DNA of 64,000 nucleotides from Candidatus Obscuribacterales bacterium. GTDB taxonomy: Bacteria; Cyanobacteriota; Vampirovibrionia; Obscuribacterales; Obscuribacteraceae. Positions 28,805 through 38,113 of the stretch are shown piece by piece. Each line of letters starts with the position of its first letter. Position 1 is the first letter of the stretch. Location of the stretch: contig DATNQY010000219.1 of the NCBI GenBank assembly GCA_036703785.1, forward strand, positions 9,908 through 73,907, given 5' to 3'. Below the pieces are notes generated by a model. It was not told where the DNA came from. It did no database searches and saw only the letters and a list, made by a program, of their open reading frames with translations. Made by a program: the position numbers and the translations under genes.

Positions 28805-29122
28805 ATGATCGGAATTAATATCGAAGCACTCGCCAAATCTGAGATCGCGAAGGTCGAAGCCAAACTGAAAGCCATTGACGCCGATCATGACGGACTGTCC
28901 GACCTGGCAGAAGCGGAGAAGCTTGTCAGCGAAGCTGTTGCCGACCTGAAGGTTCTTGAAGCGAAAGTGTCGCCGGCAGAGATGGCGGCTGCGCTTAACG
29001 TACTCTTTCCCGGCAAGTTCAATGCCGCCGAAATTGCCTCTGCTGAAGCTGCGGTCGGAAAGATCCTCAGCGCTATTAGCCATGCGGCGGGCATGGCGAA
29101 GGCTGCGCAAGCGGTGCTCTAA
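28805..29122 (+). CDS. hypothetical Ala-rich helical protein (105 aa)
   Basis: AGGAG RBS lies 8 nt before ATG 28805 (MIGINIEALAK). The tracked TTG start at 28772 is less likely. Confidence 0.5.
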   Translation: MIGINIEALAKSEIAKVEAKLKAIDADHDGLSDLAEAEKLVSEAVADLKVLEAKVSPAEMAAALNVLFPGKFNAAEIASAEAAVGKILSAISHAAGMAKAAQAVL

Positions 29123-29135
29123 ACGGAGTCTCAAT

Positions 29136-29462
29136 GTGTCAGACGAGCGACAGGAGATAGAAACCAATGGAAGCGTTACTTCCGGTAGCGATTCAGTATG
29201 TTCTTGCGGGAACTCTCGTTTTGTCGCTCTCTGCGCTGTTTTTTGGAAGACCGTCCGAACCGACTTCGAACACCTCCCACAGTCTGATCGATCCGCCGCG
29301 ATAAAGATCCTCGCCAACTGGATTGGTGTGATCTGCCTGGCGTTCGTAGTCTGTTCCTTTATCTATCCCGACCGGGTGAATACGGCAATTGCTTCGCTCG
29401 GTTCACTGGCAACAATCATTGCGCTAATCGTGCAGCACAAAGCAGGCAAGAAAGATGGCTAA
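29136..29462 (+). CDS. putative holin
   Basis: GTG 29136 follows ACGGAG. Three hydrophobic segments (FVALCAVFW, WIGVICLAFVVCSFI, AIASLGSLATIIALIV) and a charged C-terminus. Overlaps the endolysin start. Confidence 0.5.
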   Translation: MSDERQEIETNGSVTSGSDSVCSCGNSRFVALCAVFWKTVRTDFEHLPQSDRSAAIKILANWIGVICLAFVVCSFIYPDRVNTAIASLGSLATIIALIVQHKAGKKDG

Positions 29463-29943
29463 TCAAGTTCTCACGGAAAAGAAGGCTAAGCAAATATCTG
29501 AGTGTGGTCTCAAGCTACTCAAAGAGTACGAAGGACTGCGCCTTGAAGCCTACAAAGATTCTGTCGGCGTCCTGACGATTGGCTATGGGCATGCAATTAA
29601 GCCCGGCGAGTCTTTTCCTGACTGGAAGATTACGACCGAAGAGGCGGAAGAACTGCTTCTGAAAGACGTAGCTTGGGCCGTCGCTGTGGTCAACGCTACG
29701 CCGAATGCCGACAAGCTGAACGCCAATCAATTCGACGCGCTAGTTTTGCTCGTCTTCAACATTGGCGCTGAAGCCTACAAGGAATCAACTATCCGCCGGT
29801 ACGTTGCCAGTCAGCGCTACGAATGTGTGCCCGATCAGTTCATGCGCTGGGTCAGAGGCAAAGTTAATGGCGTGATGGTAAAGCTTCCCGGCTTAGTAAA
29901 CCGTCGCAAAAATGAGGTTGTTCTATGGAAATCAAAAGCCTGA
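29455..29943 (+). CDS. endolysin, GH24 (T4/lambda-R type) lysozyme
   Basis: LKEYEGLRLEAYKDSVGVLTIGYGH contains the E-x8-D-x5-T catalytic arrangement. Confidence 0.85.
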   Translation: MANQVLTEKKAKQISECGLKLLKEYEGLRLEAYKDSVGVLTIGYGHAIKPGESFPDWKITTEEAEELLLKDVAWAVAVVNATPNADKLNANQFDALVLLVFNIGAEAYKESTIRRYVASQRYECVPDQFMRWVRGKVNGVMVKLPGLVNRRKNEVVLWKSKA

Positions 29944-30251
29944 TCTTGGCTATAGCTGTTTGGTGCACGTACTCAACTGTTGATAGTGTCGCTCAAAACA
30001 ACATCGACAGTAAGCCCGTCAAACCAGCACATAAGCTTCACCCTGTCGCTGCGATCAAGAAGGTCGCCGGCGGCGCGAAGTTTGCCGTTCAGCATCCCGT
30101 CAAGGCTTGTCAGAAAAGCTGCGAAGGCGCCTATAACTTCAGCCAAAAGCCGAAAGTGCAACACGCCGCAGCCTTCGCTAGCACCGTCGGAGCCTTTTCA
30201 GGCGCCGTTTATTTTGTAAAAGGTATCACCATTCCGAAAGTCGGCTGGTAG
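29925..30251 (+). CDS. membrane/secreted protein after the endolysin (spanin-like position)
   Basis: N-terminal hydrophobic segment SLILAIAVWCTYS. Overlaps the endolysin stop. No canonical lipobox, so the spanin call is positional only. Confidence 0.35.
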   Translation: MEIKSLILAIAVWCTYSTVDSVAQNNIDSKPVKPAHKLHPVAAIKKVAGGAKFAVQHPVKACQKSCEGAYNFSQKPKVQHAAAFASTVGAFSGAVYFVKGITIPKVGW

Positions 30252-30261
30252 GAGGTTCGTT

Positions 30262-30543
30262 ATGTCATTACCCGGGATGCCGAAGTGCTATAGCCAAGCT
30301 ATAACTAACGTGGCTACTACGGTGAATATCCGTCTCTGTCGCGCGTTAGTCATCCAGGTCGACAGCGGACAAGACATCTACGTCACCTTCGACGGAACCA
30401 CGCCGACAGTGAACGGCGCAAACTGCCTCAAGATTCCTGCCGGAACTCAGTGGCAGAGTCCGCAAAACATCAATATGGGTATCGACTCGTTTAAATACAT
30501 CGGATCCGCTGCGACGGGCCACCTGTCCGTTTTCGCGGCTTAA
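30262..30543 (+). CDS. hypothetical protein (93 aa)
   Basis: Tracked ORF with GGAGG upstream. Confidence 0.5.
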   Translation: MSLPGMPKCYSQAITNVATTVNIRLCRALVIQVDSGQDIYVTFDGTTPTVNGANCLKIPAGTQWQSPQNINMGIDSFKYIGSAATGHLSVFAA

Positions 30544-30555
30544 AGAGGAAAAATC

Positions 30556-33500
30556 ATGAAAAAATTCATAGCCCTTCTAGCGGCACTGCTCACGTTCTGC
30601 AGTGCCGCATACGCGCAGCAATACAACGTCCTGCCGACCGGGACACAGGTAAACGTTATCCCGATTGACGCTACTTCAGGGCTGCCGGCAAATATCGGAT
30701 CTCGAGTCACGACCACAGCATTCCAACCGACTGGATATACGGCGGCGCCTTCGCAGCCAGACGCTTCTATGGTTGTCGGATCTGATGGCCGGATCTATTT
30801 GCCGGTCTATAGCGGCACGGTATACGCCATAGCCGCCATGAGTACCGGCGGTCAGTTCTCTGTCTACACATTGCCCACAAACAACGCTGTTGGTCAGCTC
30901 ACGCTTGGCTCTGACGGGAATGTCTACGGTACCTATGCAGGTCTTAATAAAATATTCCAGTTGACGACAGCTGGCGTTTTTACTGAGTTCACTTTGAACG
31001 TAGGCACGACGTGCTACGGCATCATTTCGAACTCCGCTGACAGCAACCTTTACGTAGCGAGCGCTACCGGCGTAGTGATGCAAGTGAACACGTCCGGGTC
31101 CGTTCTCGCTACTGTGAACATGACTGGCACCTACAACAATGGACAGCTTGCGCTTGACTCACAGGGGCAAGTTTGGGGCGGTGAATCTGGCAAGTTGTTT
31201 ACGGTTACGACCGCGCCTGCAATCACTGAGTATTCGATAACCGGAACGCCGACAGCTATCTGTGCAGATCCCACCACTACCACTGTGTGGGCTATGGATG
31301 CTGCAGCCGGGACTATTTTTAACGTCGACGCGCAAACGGGAACGGTCTTATCCAGCGTACCGTTCGTGACGACGCCCGCCACTGGCGTAACAAATTGGGG
31401 CAACCTCACGGTGTTTGGCGGCAATTTGTACGCCACTGAAGGATCGATCAACCAGCTTGTCTCGATCAATACTTCCACGCTGGATCAAACTCAGTACGCA
31501 CTTCCGCAGATTAAGAACCTGACCGGAATGCTAGTCGGATCAGACGGTCTTCTTTACGCCTGCTCAGCGTCGACTGGATTCCTTTATCGTCTGGAATTTT
31601 CCGGCGCTCTACAAGTAGTAACGGCTGACGTGGTATCAGGCGCGGTGCCGATGCAAGCAGCCGCCGTCACTAACAGCAATGGCGCTATTCTCAAAGTCGG
31701 CGGCACACCTACCGCTATCGTCAGCATAACTGGCAGCTTCACAGCAACCGTAAACTTTGAAGCTTCATTTGACAATTCCAACTGGGTAGCAATCGCGGGA
31801 GCCAAAGTAGGCACTGGTGGAATCAGCACGACCGCCGCCGGCGCCGGCGACTGGGTTATTCCGATTCAGGGCTATCAGTTCTTACGTGCTCGGATCAGCG
31901 GGCGCACTGCTGGCAGTGTCACCGTCAACGGCTACACATCGACCTCTCTTTCGGTGCCTCTGCCTGGCAGTACCAACGTGATCGGTTCGGTGACTCAATC
32001 CGGTACTTGGAACGTCGGACTTAGCGCGGGTAGTAACGTAATTGGCGCCGTCACTCAATCTGGTACCTGGAACATTGGCAGCATAAGTACTCTGCCTTCG
32101 ATTCCCACAGGGTCGAATGTCATTGGTGGTGTCACTCAATCTGGTACTTGGAATATCGGCAGCATAACGACGCTGCCCGCATTGGCGACAGGCAGTAACG
32201 TAATCGGCGGCGTCACTCAATCCGGTACCTGGAATATTGGTAGCATAACTACTCTACCTTCCATTCCTACCGGATCGAATACTATCGGCGCCGTTACCCA
32301 GTCCGGTACTTGGACGGTACAGCCGGGTAACACGGCGAACACCACGCCATGGGTTGTGAACGACACGACCGCAAATCTTTCTCAGGCTTCGACTACGAGC
32401 GGCCAGAAAGGCAATTTGATAATGGGTGCTGCAAGCACCACTAACCCGACGTTGACGAACGGGCTCACGTATCCGATCAGCCTTACGCAGAACGGAGCTA
32501 TAAGGGTAGACGCTTCGCTAACATCAAGCACGCTGCCAGTCAGTCTGAGCGGTACAAATAATTTCCAACTTCTCGGCATAGCCAAAGGAACGACTTCGGC
32601 GCTGAATGCCACCGTGACCAGCCTCGACGCCAACCATAACGGGCTTGACGTAAACGTGGCGAATGGCGCGACTGTCAACGTGCTTGGCGGGAATAACACA
32701 GCGCCGCTGTTCGTCAACCCGACGATCAATGCCTTCAACACTCCAAGCCAGAGCACGTACATCGCTACGGCTCAGTCCATTTGCGCAGGAAACGATGGAA
32801 ACATTTGGGGCCTCGAACCGGGCGCGAACAAAGTTTTCAAAATGACGACAAGCGGGAACTTCACCGAGTACACGATCCCGACTGCCAACTCACAGCCCAC
32901 CTGTTTGATCCAGGGCAGCGACGGCAATATGTACGGCACTGAATCCGCCACTACAGCGAACAAGGTCTTTAAGCTCACGACTACCGGAACGTTCACCGAA
33001 TTTGCAGTAACGACGGCCTCGGCAAAGCCGTTCGCGATCTGCCAAGGTACGGACGGAAACATTTACGGTGTCGAGTCGAACACAAACAAAGTGTTCAAGA
33101 TGACTACTTCGGGGACGTTCACTGAGTTCTCCACCGGCGTAACGAGCTTTGTCCCTGCCGATATTTGCCAAGGTGCTGACGGACTACTTTACGTAGCTGG
33201 AAACGGCGGCACTAACCAGATGTTTTCCATGACTACGGGCGGAACGTTCACGCAGCTGGGAGCCGGCGGAAGCAACTACGTTTGCCATGGCGCTGATAAT
33301 TGCATTTACTTCTCTGGCGGATCTCAGGCTGGAGTCATTTACCGCTATGACGGGCACGCTGTTACTTCGTTTGACTCAACAGCCTTTTCTCTGACCCCAA
33401 CAAAAATGGCTGTAGCGTCGGACGGCAACTTCTACGGCGGCGTCAGCGCGGGAGGGATAGGCCGAGGCGGGGTTGGCGGCCAGCTAATTCAAGTCACTCC

Positions 33501-34212
33501 AGAAGGCGTGACGTCGCTTTTCCCTTCCACTTCGTTTGACGGCGCAATCGTCAGTACTTGTGAAGGAACCGACGGTTTTCTTTATGCGCTTAGCGAAGAC
33601 ACTGTTGGGTCAGTCTATAAGGTCTTTCAAATTAAGCAGGCACAAGCCTTCGTAAATTTAGCGCAGGGCGGCCGTGTCCTTTCCCAAACAAACGCAGTAC
33701 CCGTCAAACTAGCAGCGCAGGACAAATCGACTTACGTAGCGACAACTACAGCTACGTGGGCAGTGGCTTCCGCGGGTACTGACGTTGTCGTACTTCAAGG
33801 GGCTCTTTTCCGTACTGTAAAAGTTCTCCGCATCCGAGTTTGGGGGAACCAGAGCACGGCGGCTGCAACTGCTTTCTCTATAGTGAAGCGCACTACCGCA
33901 AACAGCGGTGGCACCTCCACTAGCGTACTGCCGCTGTCCATGGACGACGCCAACCCTGCAGCAAATTCAGTGTTTACGCAGTACACAGTAAACCCGACTA
34001 CGCTTGGGACTGCAGCAGCGAGCATAAGCGCGAGAGTCGTTACCTCAAACACCCTTCCTACCGGACCTTATGCCATTTACGAAGCGCCTGTAGGGGGGCA
34101 GCCGATTACTTTAAGGTCGCCTGCAGCAGGCACAGCGGAATACTTGGCGATCAACTGCAACGGTAACCCGCCAACAAACCTAGTTGTAGAAATCACTTGG
34201 ACTGAGGAATAG
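30556..34212 (+). CDS. 1218-aa signal-peptide protein with two beta-propeller-like repeat regions and TQSGTWN tandem repeats
   Basis: AGAGGAAAAA RBS. MKKFIALLAALLTFCSAAYAQQ is a signal peptide. Repeated GSDGN(V/M/I)YG...NK(I/V)F(Q/K)(L/M)TT(A/S/T)G.FTE(F/Y) blades occur in roughly the first and third quarters of the protein. About five ~27-aa SNVIGGVTQSGTWNIGSITTLPS repeats lie in between. Confidence 0.8.
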   Translation: MKKFIALLAALLTFCSAAYAQQYNVLPTGTQVNVIPIDATSGLPANIGSRVTTTAFQPTGYTAAPSQPDASMVVGSDGRIYLPVYSGTVYAIAAMSTGGQFSVYTLPTNNAVGQLTLGSDGNVYGTYAGLNKIFQLTTAGVFTEFTLNVGTTCYGIISNSADSNLYVASATGVVMQVNTSGSVLATVNMTGTYNNGQLALDSQGQVWGGESGKLFTVTTAPAITEYSITGTPTAICADPTTTTVWAMDAAAGTIFNVDAQTGTVLSSVPFVTTPATGVTNWGNLTVFGGNLYATEGSINQLVSINTSTLDQTQYALPQIKNLTGMLVGSDGLLYACSASTGFLYRLEFSGALQVVTADVVSGAVPMQAAAVTNSNGAILKVGGTPTAIVSITGSFTATVNFEASFDNSNWVAIAGAKVGTGGISTTAAGAGDWVIPIQGYQFLRARISGRTAGSVTVNGYTSTSLSVPLPGSTNVIGSVTQSGTWNVGLSAGSNVIGAVTQSGTWNIGSISTLPSIPTGSNVIGGVTQSGTWNIGSITTLPALATGSNVIGGVTQSGTWNIGSITTLPSIPTGSNTIGAVTQSGTWTVQPGNTANTTPWVVNDTTANLSQASTTSGQKGNLIMGAASTTNPTLTNGLTYPISLTQNGAIRVDASLTSSTLPVSLSGTNNFQLLGIAKGTTSALNATVTSLDANHNGLDVNVANGATVNVLGGNNTAPLFVNPTINAFNTPSQSTYIATAQSICAGNDGNIWGLEPGANKVFKMTTSGNFTEYTIPTANSQPTCLIQGSDGNMYGTESATTANKVFKLTTTGTFTEFAVTTASAKPFAICQGTDGNIYGVESNTNKVFKMTTSGTFTEFSTGVTSFVPADICQGADGLLYVAGNGGTNQMFSMTTGGTFTQLGAGGSNYVCHGADNCIYFSGGSQAGVIYRYDGHAVTSFDSTAFSLTPTKMAVASDGNFYGGVSAGGIGRGGVGGQLIQVTPEGVTSLFPSTSFDGAIVSTCEGTDGFLYALSEDTVGSVYKVFQIKQAQAFVNLAQGGRVLSQTNAVPVKLAAQDKSTYVATTTATWAVASAGTDVVVLQGALFRTVKVLRIRVWGNQSTAAATAFSIVKRTTANSGGTSTSVLPLSMDDANPAANSVFTQYTVNPTTLGTAAASISARVVTSNTLPTGPYAIYEAPVGGQPITLRSPAAGTAEYLAINCNGNPPTNLVVEITWTEE
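31966..32316 (+). repeat. in-frame tandem repeat (about 81 nt, about 5 copies) encoding ..SNVIG.VTQSGTWN(I/V)G...
   Basis: Read directly in both the nucleotide and protein sequence. Copies diverge at synonymous positions. Confidence 0.8.
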
Positions 34213-34357
34213 CCTCAACCTGATTCCTAATACTCTTCATAACATCCGGGTACTGCCAAAACTCAGTAGCCGGCTGTTGCTTTGGCAGCGGTGACCGCAT
34301 GGCGATCCAGCCGGCAACCAGAGTAAGTAGAATGGCGATTATTGTGTCTCGGCTCAC
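34193..34357 (-). CDS. small membrane protein (54 aa)
   Basis: GAGGGAG RBS lies 5 nt before GTG 34357. TM segment IIAILLTLVAGWIAM. The 3' end overlaps the convergent 1218-aa gene by 20 nt. Confidence 0.4.
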   Translation of the reverse strand: MSRDTIIAILLTLVAGWIAMRSPLPKQQPATEFWQYPDVMKSIRNQVEAIPQSK

Positions 34358-34374
34358 TTTTTCTCCCTCAGGTC

Positions 34375-34722
34375 TTAACGCGGCCAGTCTGGATCGCATT
34401 TGTCGCACAAAATATCAGCACGGTGGAAGCACTCTGTGCACCGGCAGGCATCACACGGGCCGCCGTTATTCGCACATTGCGGTTTCTTGCATTTGCCGCA
34501 CTTGTCGCAGAATTGGGACTCGCTGTAATGCACACCGTTGGGGCAGTCGTGCACGATGCAGACCTTTTCGTTGTCGCATTGGCCACACCGGGGATGGTCA
34601 TAACGCGCGTCGAGTTGCGCCTGCAATTCTTTGACGCGCTCTCTCAAAGCATTCACAGCCGGCCAATTGGTCGCGTCCACTACGGCACGGTTAAACAGCG
34701 TCATAAGCGGTTCCTGTGTCAT
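34375..34722 (-). CDS. Cys-rich (multi CxxC) zinc-ribbon-like protein
   Basis: AAGGAGAAG RBS. 17 Cys in the C-terminal 70 aa (CGQCDNEKVCIVHDCP...CDKCGKCKKPQC...CDACRCTEC...CDKC). Confidence 0.6.
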   Translation of the reverse strand: MTQEPLMTLFNRAVVDATNWPAVNALRERVKELQAQLDARYDHPRCGQCDNEKVCIVHDCPNGVHYSESQFCDKCGKCKKPQCANNGGPCDACRCTECFHRADILCDKCDPDWPR

Positions 34723-34725
34723 CTG

Positions 34726-34911
34726 TTACTTCTCCTTGATTACGATTACTTCCAGCAACTTGATCGGATCGCCCGTCTCTACCTCGTCGCGATTCCATTC
34801 GCCCGCATCCTCGTCTCTAACGAGTTTCTTCGCGTGTTTCAGGTTTTCGGCATAAAACACTTCCGAGCAGCCGGTCGCGTCAATGTGCCAGATAGCTCTA
34901 AATTTGGGCAT
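34726..34911 (-). CDS. hypothetical protein (61 aa)
   Basis: Tracked ORF, tightly packed in the leftward operon. Confidence 0.45.
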   Translation of the reverse strand: MPKFRAIWHIDATGCSEVFYAENLKHAKKLVRDEDAGEWNRDEVETGDPIKLLEVIVIKEK

Positions 34912-34942
34912 ATTTTCACCGTCTCATAATGCTGATTACGTA

Positions 34943-35470
34943 TTAAGCTAGCTGCCCCAGCGGAACGCCAGCAAGATCGAGCGCCTTGGCGTAGCCAATG
35001 CAGATCGATTGCCAAACGTCCGGACCTTCTACCATTCGCCCCGTCTTCGGGTTCTTTACTTTGTCGAACTCTTCCAGCCAGGGCCAGCGCTGCAGGCAGA
35101 AAGCCTTTTGATCTTTCTTGCAGAGGTTCCGGCGCTTGTCTCGATTGGGTTCCTCGTAGTGGTGAGGTAATCCGATCCGGCGCTGCCACCACGTTGATTC
35201 AATCAGTTCAATAGGAACACCGCACACGTCGACGATCACATAAGGCGCGCCGGTATGCCAGCCGAAATTAAACTGACTCTTCCCGCCTTGTCCTGCCCAG
35301 CCGCCGACTCTTTCGAATGCGCACAACTCAGGATGCGTGATCCAGCACCACAGATAGAGTTCGCGCCAATAGCTCGGCGTCGTGAACGACAAGACTTTAA
35401 TCAGTTCGAGATCGTCGAACTGTGAAGCGCTGCCAGACTCGGCGGGATCGATCGCGAAAATTCTAGCCAT
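34943..35470 (-). CDS. RuvC-like Holliday junction resolvase
   Basis: From the ATG at 35470 the protein reads MARIFAIDPAESGS, the RuvC-type first acidic motif. Overlaps the polymerase stop by 8 nt. Confidence 0.5.
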   Translation of the reverse strand: MARIFAIDPAESGSASQFDDLELIKVLSFTTPSYWRELYLWCWITHPELCAFERVGGWAGQGGKSQFNFGWHTGAPYVIVDVCGVPIELIESTWWQRRIGLPHHYEEPNRDKRRNLCKKDQKAFCLQRWPWLEEFDKVKNPKTGRMVEGPDVWQSICIGYAKALDLAGVPLGQLA

Positions 35471-37487
35471 ATCTCTCCCCTGACCATGCTTCAAAACCAA
35501 TCGGCAACCCGCCTGACCACGGCGGCTGTGTCGTATTTACCAACAAAGTAAGTTGATCTCTAGCCCATTCCTCTTTGGCTTTCGGAACTTCCATCGTCCA
35601 CTCGTCGTAGCATTGGTGCACAACGGCGCCAATGTTTTCGTTGGCTTGGCACATATACCAAGAGGAAATGTCGTAGTTTAATCCTTCAGCTATGTTTTGA
35701 ATCGTCACGCACTTCGACACTTTCTTGCGGAGCCCGCGCGCCAGGTAAGACCAATAGACTTCTGTATCCTCGTCGTCATCATCCTGCTCGGCATCGTTCA
35801 AAACGGCTTTGTACTTTGACCGACGTGACATGCGAAGGTCATGATAGAAAAGTTGTCTGCCGGATGGCAGCGTCAGGATTCGCAGGTTCCCTTTCTTCTC
35901 AATAAAGATTGGACCGGCTTGACCGCCATTTATAAACGCCTGCCACAGTTGCGCCCAGTAAGCTACGATCTGCGGGAAGTCTCTACGGAAACGCTGCTTA
36001 ACGATGTCAGCCGCTATCCCTTGGCGTTCAGTCAGTGGCTTCAAAGGAAGCTTAGCTAGGTAGTTTTCAAAGTACAGTTTCCGCCCGCTCTCAATTTCGT
36101 GCATAGTGGCATTAGGCAAAATGAAGTCCGCGAGTCCGTCCATCGGAACGTTGTATTGCTCGGCACCACGCTGAAACGCGCCAATACCGCCAGCGAATCC
36201 CATAGACAAAACGGTAGCTTTGCAAGCTGTGCGCTCGATCAGGTCTGCTTTCGTAATCGTCTTGCCCCACAGTGCAGGACCGTAGGCACAGTACGGATCG
36301 CCCGACCGAAACAGATCAAGGAATGTTTGATCGTCTGCGGCATAGCCAACGCATCGAGCCTCAATCTGGGACAGATCGCCACCTACCAAGACGCTTCCAG
36401 GACTGGCTTTGATCATTCCTCTGAGTCCGTGCTTCAGACCGACACCGGCATCAGCGCACACGCTGATCAGAAGCTCAGGCACTTCATGGATTAAGTTAGC
36501 CCAGTAGTCTGCCTTCGTTGTTCGTGGCAGATTCAATAGTTGGACTCCACGACCTTTGACCCTGCCGGTCACCGCGCCGTAGTGATCGAACTCCTGGTAA
36601 AGTCTTCCGTTTACGTGGCGCCGTTTCATCTGATCGTATTTGGCAACAGATGAAAGCCCGGCTTCCTGTCTAAGCTCCAGCACCTGGCGCACGGCGGGCG
36701 GGAGGTCAAGGCTTAGCGTGCGGCGTACAGTGTCGGCGGTGCAGTCAACCATTTCCACGCCCTGCAGTTCGCACCACTCTTTGATTTTCTTAGGATTGGT
36801 GGCGGCTGGCACGAAGCCGTTTGTAAGCTGCGCCATACGGTGGTCGGCTTCAATGCTGAGCTGTTCTTTCAAATAGACCGCATTTTCTATAGCCCGAACG
36901 TCAATTGGAACACCGCGCATATTGATCTCTACGTCCAACTCCCACAGCTTTTGAACGGCTGGCGGAAGATCAGGCAACTTAAAATCAATATCGGCTGTGA
37001 CAAGTACATCCGTTTCGCAGTACGAGTACAGACGGGCAAACTCTTCCGGCTTTTGCACAGGAGTCCATTTGCCGGTCGCCAATTCTTTCATGACGCCTTT
37101 GCCGACAAGGTCTTTCAACAGTGAACACTGCAGAGCCTTGGCTGCCTCGTCAAGTCCGCGCGGATACCCGTAATATCCAGCCTTAGCCATGGTATCGATC
37201 ACACGGCTCGGCGGAATCTCGATCCCGAGAACGTTCTTGATGATCGCCAATTCAAAGAGAGCATTATGGAAGACAAAAATGACAGCCGGATCCGCGAGCA
37301 TTTCCAGAATGAATGCGCGCATGGCGGCCTCTTCGCCGTACTTAAACGTTTTTGTGTAAGCGAAGCCTTTCCGCCAGCGGAACACAAAGCAGTTAATCCG
37401 CGTGGTCGGATCTACCGAGTATCGGTAAGGGCCGACTTTCTCCAGGTCGGCTTCGCTTGAAGTTTCGCAGTCTCCGTGGACTCTCAC
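35463..37487 (-). CDS. family A DNA polymerase with 3'-5' exonuclease domain
   Basis: ExoI HGDCETSS. Motif A GGDLSQIEARCVGYAADD (DxSQIExR). 674 aa with no 5' nuclease domain. Confidence 0.85.
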   Translation of the reverse strand: MRVHGDCETSSEADLEKVGPYRYSVDPTTRINCFVFRWRKGFAYTKTFKYGEEAAMRAFILEMLADPAVIFVFHNALFELAIIKNVLGIEIPPSRVIDTMAKAGYYGYPRGLDEAAKALQCSLLKDLVGKGVMKELATGKWTPVQKPEEFARLYSYCETDVLVTADIDFKLPDLPPAVQKLWELDVEINMRGVPIDVRAIENAVYLKEQLSIEADHRMAQLTNGFVPAATNPKKIKEWCELQGVEMVDCTADTVRRTLSLDLPPAVRQVLELRQEAGLSSVAKYDQMKRRHVNGRLYQEFDHYGAVTGRVKGRGVQLLNLPRTTKADYWANLIHEVPELLISVCADAGVGLKHGLRGMIKASPGSVLVGGDLSQIEARCVGYAADDQTFLDLFRSGDPYCAYGPALWGKTITKADLIERTACKATVLSMGFAGGIGAFQRGAEQYNVPMDGLADFILPNATMHEIESGRKLYFENYLAKLPLKPLTERQGIAADIVKQRFRRDFPQIVAYWAQLWQAFINGGQAGPIFIEKKGNLRILTLPSGRQLFYHDLRMSRRSKYKAVLNDAEQDDDDEDTEVYWSYLARGLRKKVSKCVTIQNIAEGLNYDISSWYMCQANENIGAVVHQCYDEWTMEVPKAKEEWARDQLTLLVNTTQPPWSGGLPIGFEAWSGERYG

Positions 37488-37831
37488 TGCAACACGCTTT
37501 TTCCTTTCGGAATCAAGATCCGGTGTTTCTTGCGCGTGTGAAACTCGCAGCGAACCAGGAAGTACTCAGCCAACGTTCGCGCCGATCCTTCCTGGCTGGT
37601 AGCAATGGTGGCGATCACCTTATGGTCACAGCGCCGGCACTGAGCCGTCAGGCTAATCAAGGTATCTTCGTACTGCTTGCCGTGTTTCGTCTTATAAGAC
37701 TTCGAAGCCATCGGCTGCATGTTCTTGTAGTTGTCTTTGACGAGCGAATAGAGGACGTTACAGGCTTCAAGAAACCCAGCTACTTCCGGTCCTGTCAGAT
37801 ACTTCTTTAAGCTTTCTGGTGTCTCGCCCAT
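37484..37831 (-). CDS. hypothetical protein (115 aa)
   Basis: Tracked ORF whose stop overlaps the polymerase start (ATGA-type coupling). Confidence 0.5.
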   Translation of the reverse strand: MGETPESLKKYLTGPEVAGFLEACNVLYSLVKDNYKNMQPMASKSYKTKHGKQYEDTLISLTAQCRRCDHKVIATIATSQEGSARTLAEYFLVRCEFHTRKKHRILIPKGKSVLQ

Positions 37832-37849
37832 AACGTCCTCTCATTCGTC

Positions 37850-38053
37850 CTATGTCAATGGCGTGCCGACGGTTTGCGGAGTTTCAATCGTGCTCAGCGT
37901 TAAGTGTGCGCCTTGAGTCCGTCTGAAATTGTCCAAGTAACGGCGTAACGCTTCGCGTATTAAGTCTGATCGCGTCCGGTGTTCGCACTGAGCAATGTAA
38001 TCAACTTGTTCGAGCATCGCCGGCGGTAACGCGATCAAAATTTTCTTAGGCAT
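37850..38053 (-). CDS. ribbon-helix-helix (CopG/Arc-type) DNA-binding protein
   Basis: KKILIALPPAMLEQVDYIAQCEHRTRSDLIREALRRYL is the RHH beta-strand plus two helices. AAGGAG RBS. Confidence 0.7.
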   Translation of the reverse strand: MPKKILIALPPAMLEQVDYIAQCEHRTRSDLIREALRRYLDNFRRTQGAHLTLSTIETPQTVGTPLT

Positions 38054-38113
38054 TTCGGATAGCTCCTTTATAAGCTAGTTAACTGACACCATATACGGTA
38101 TCACGTTTATAGC

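Noticed and set aside
28956-29135. Upstream 60 codons of the tracked 168-aa ORF containing the holin
   Set aside because: This part is Arg-rich and lies out of frame inside 28805..29122. The GTG at 29136, after the stop of the previous gene, gives a typical three-TM holin.
31966-32316. Regular about 81-nt repeats considered as a possible CRISPR-like array
   Set aside because: The repeats are contiguous with no unique spacers, are in frame within a long ORF, and encode a conserved peptide. This is a protein tandem repeat.
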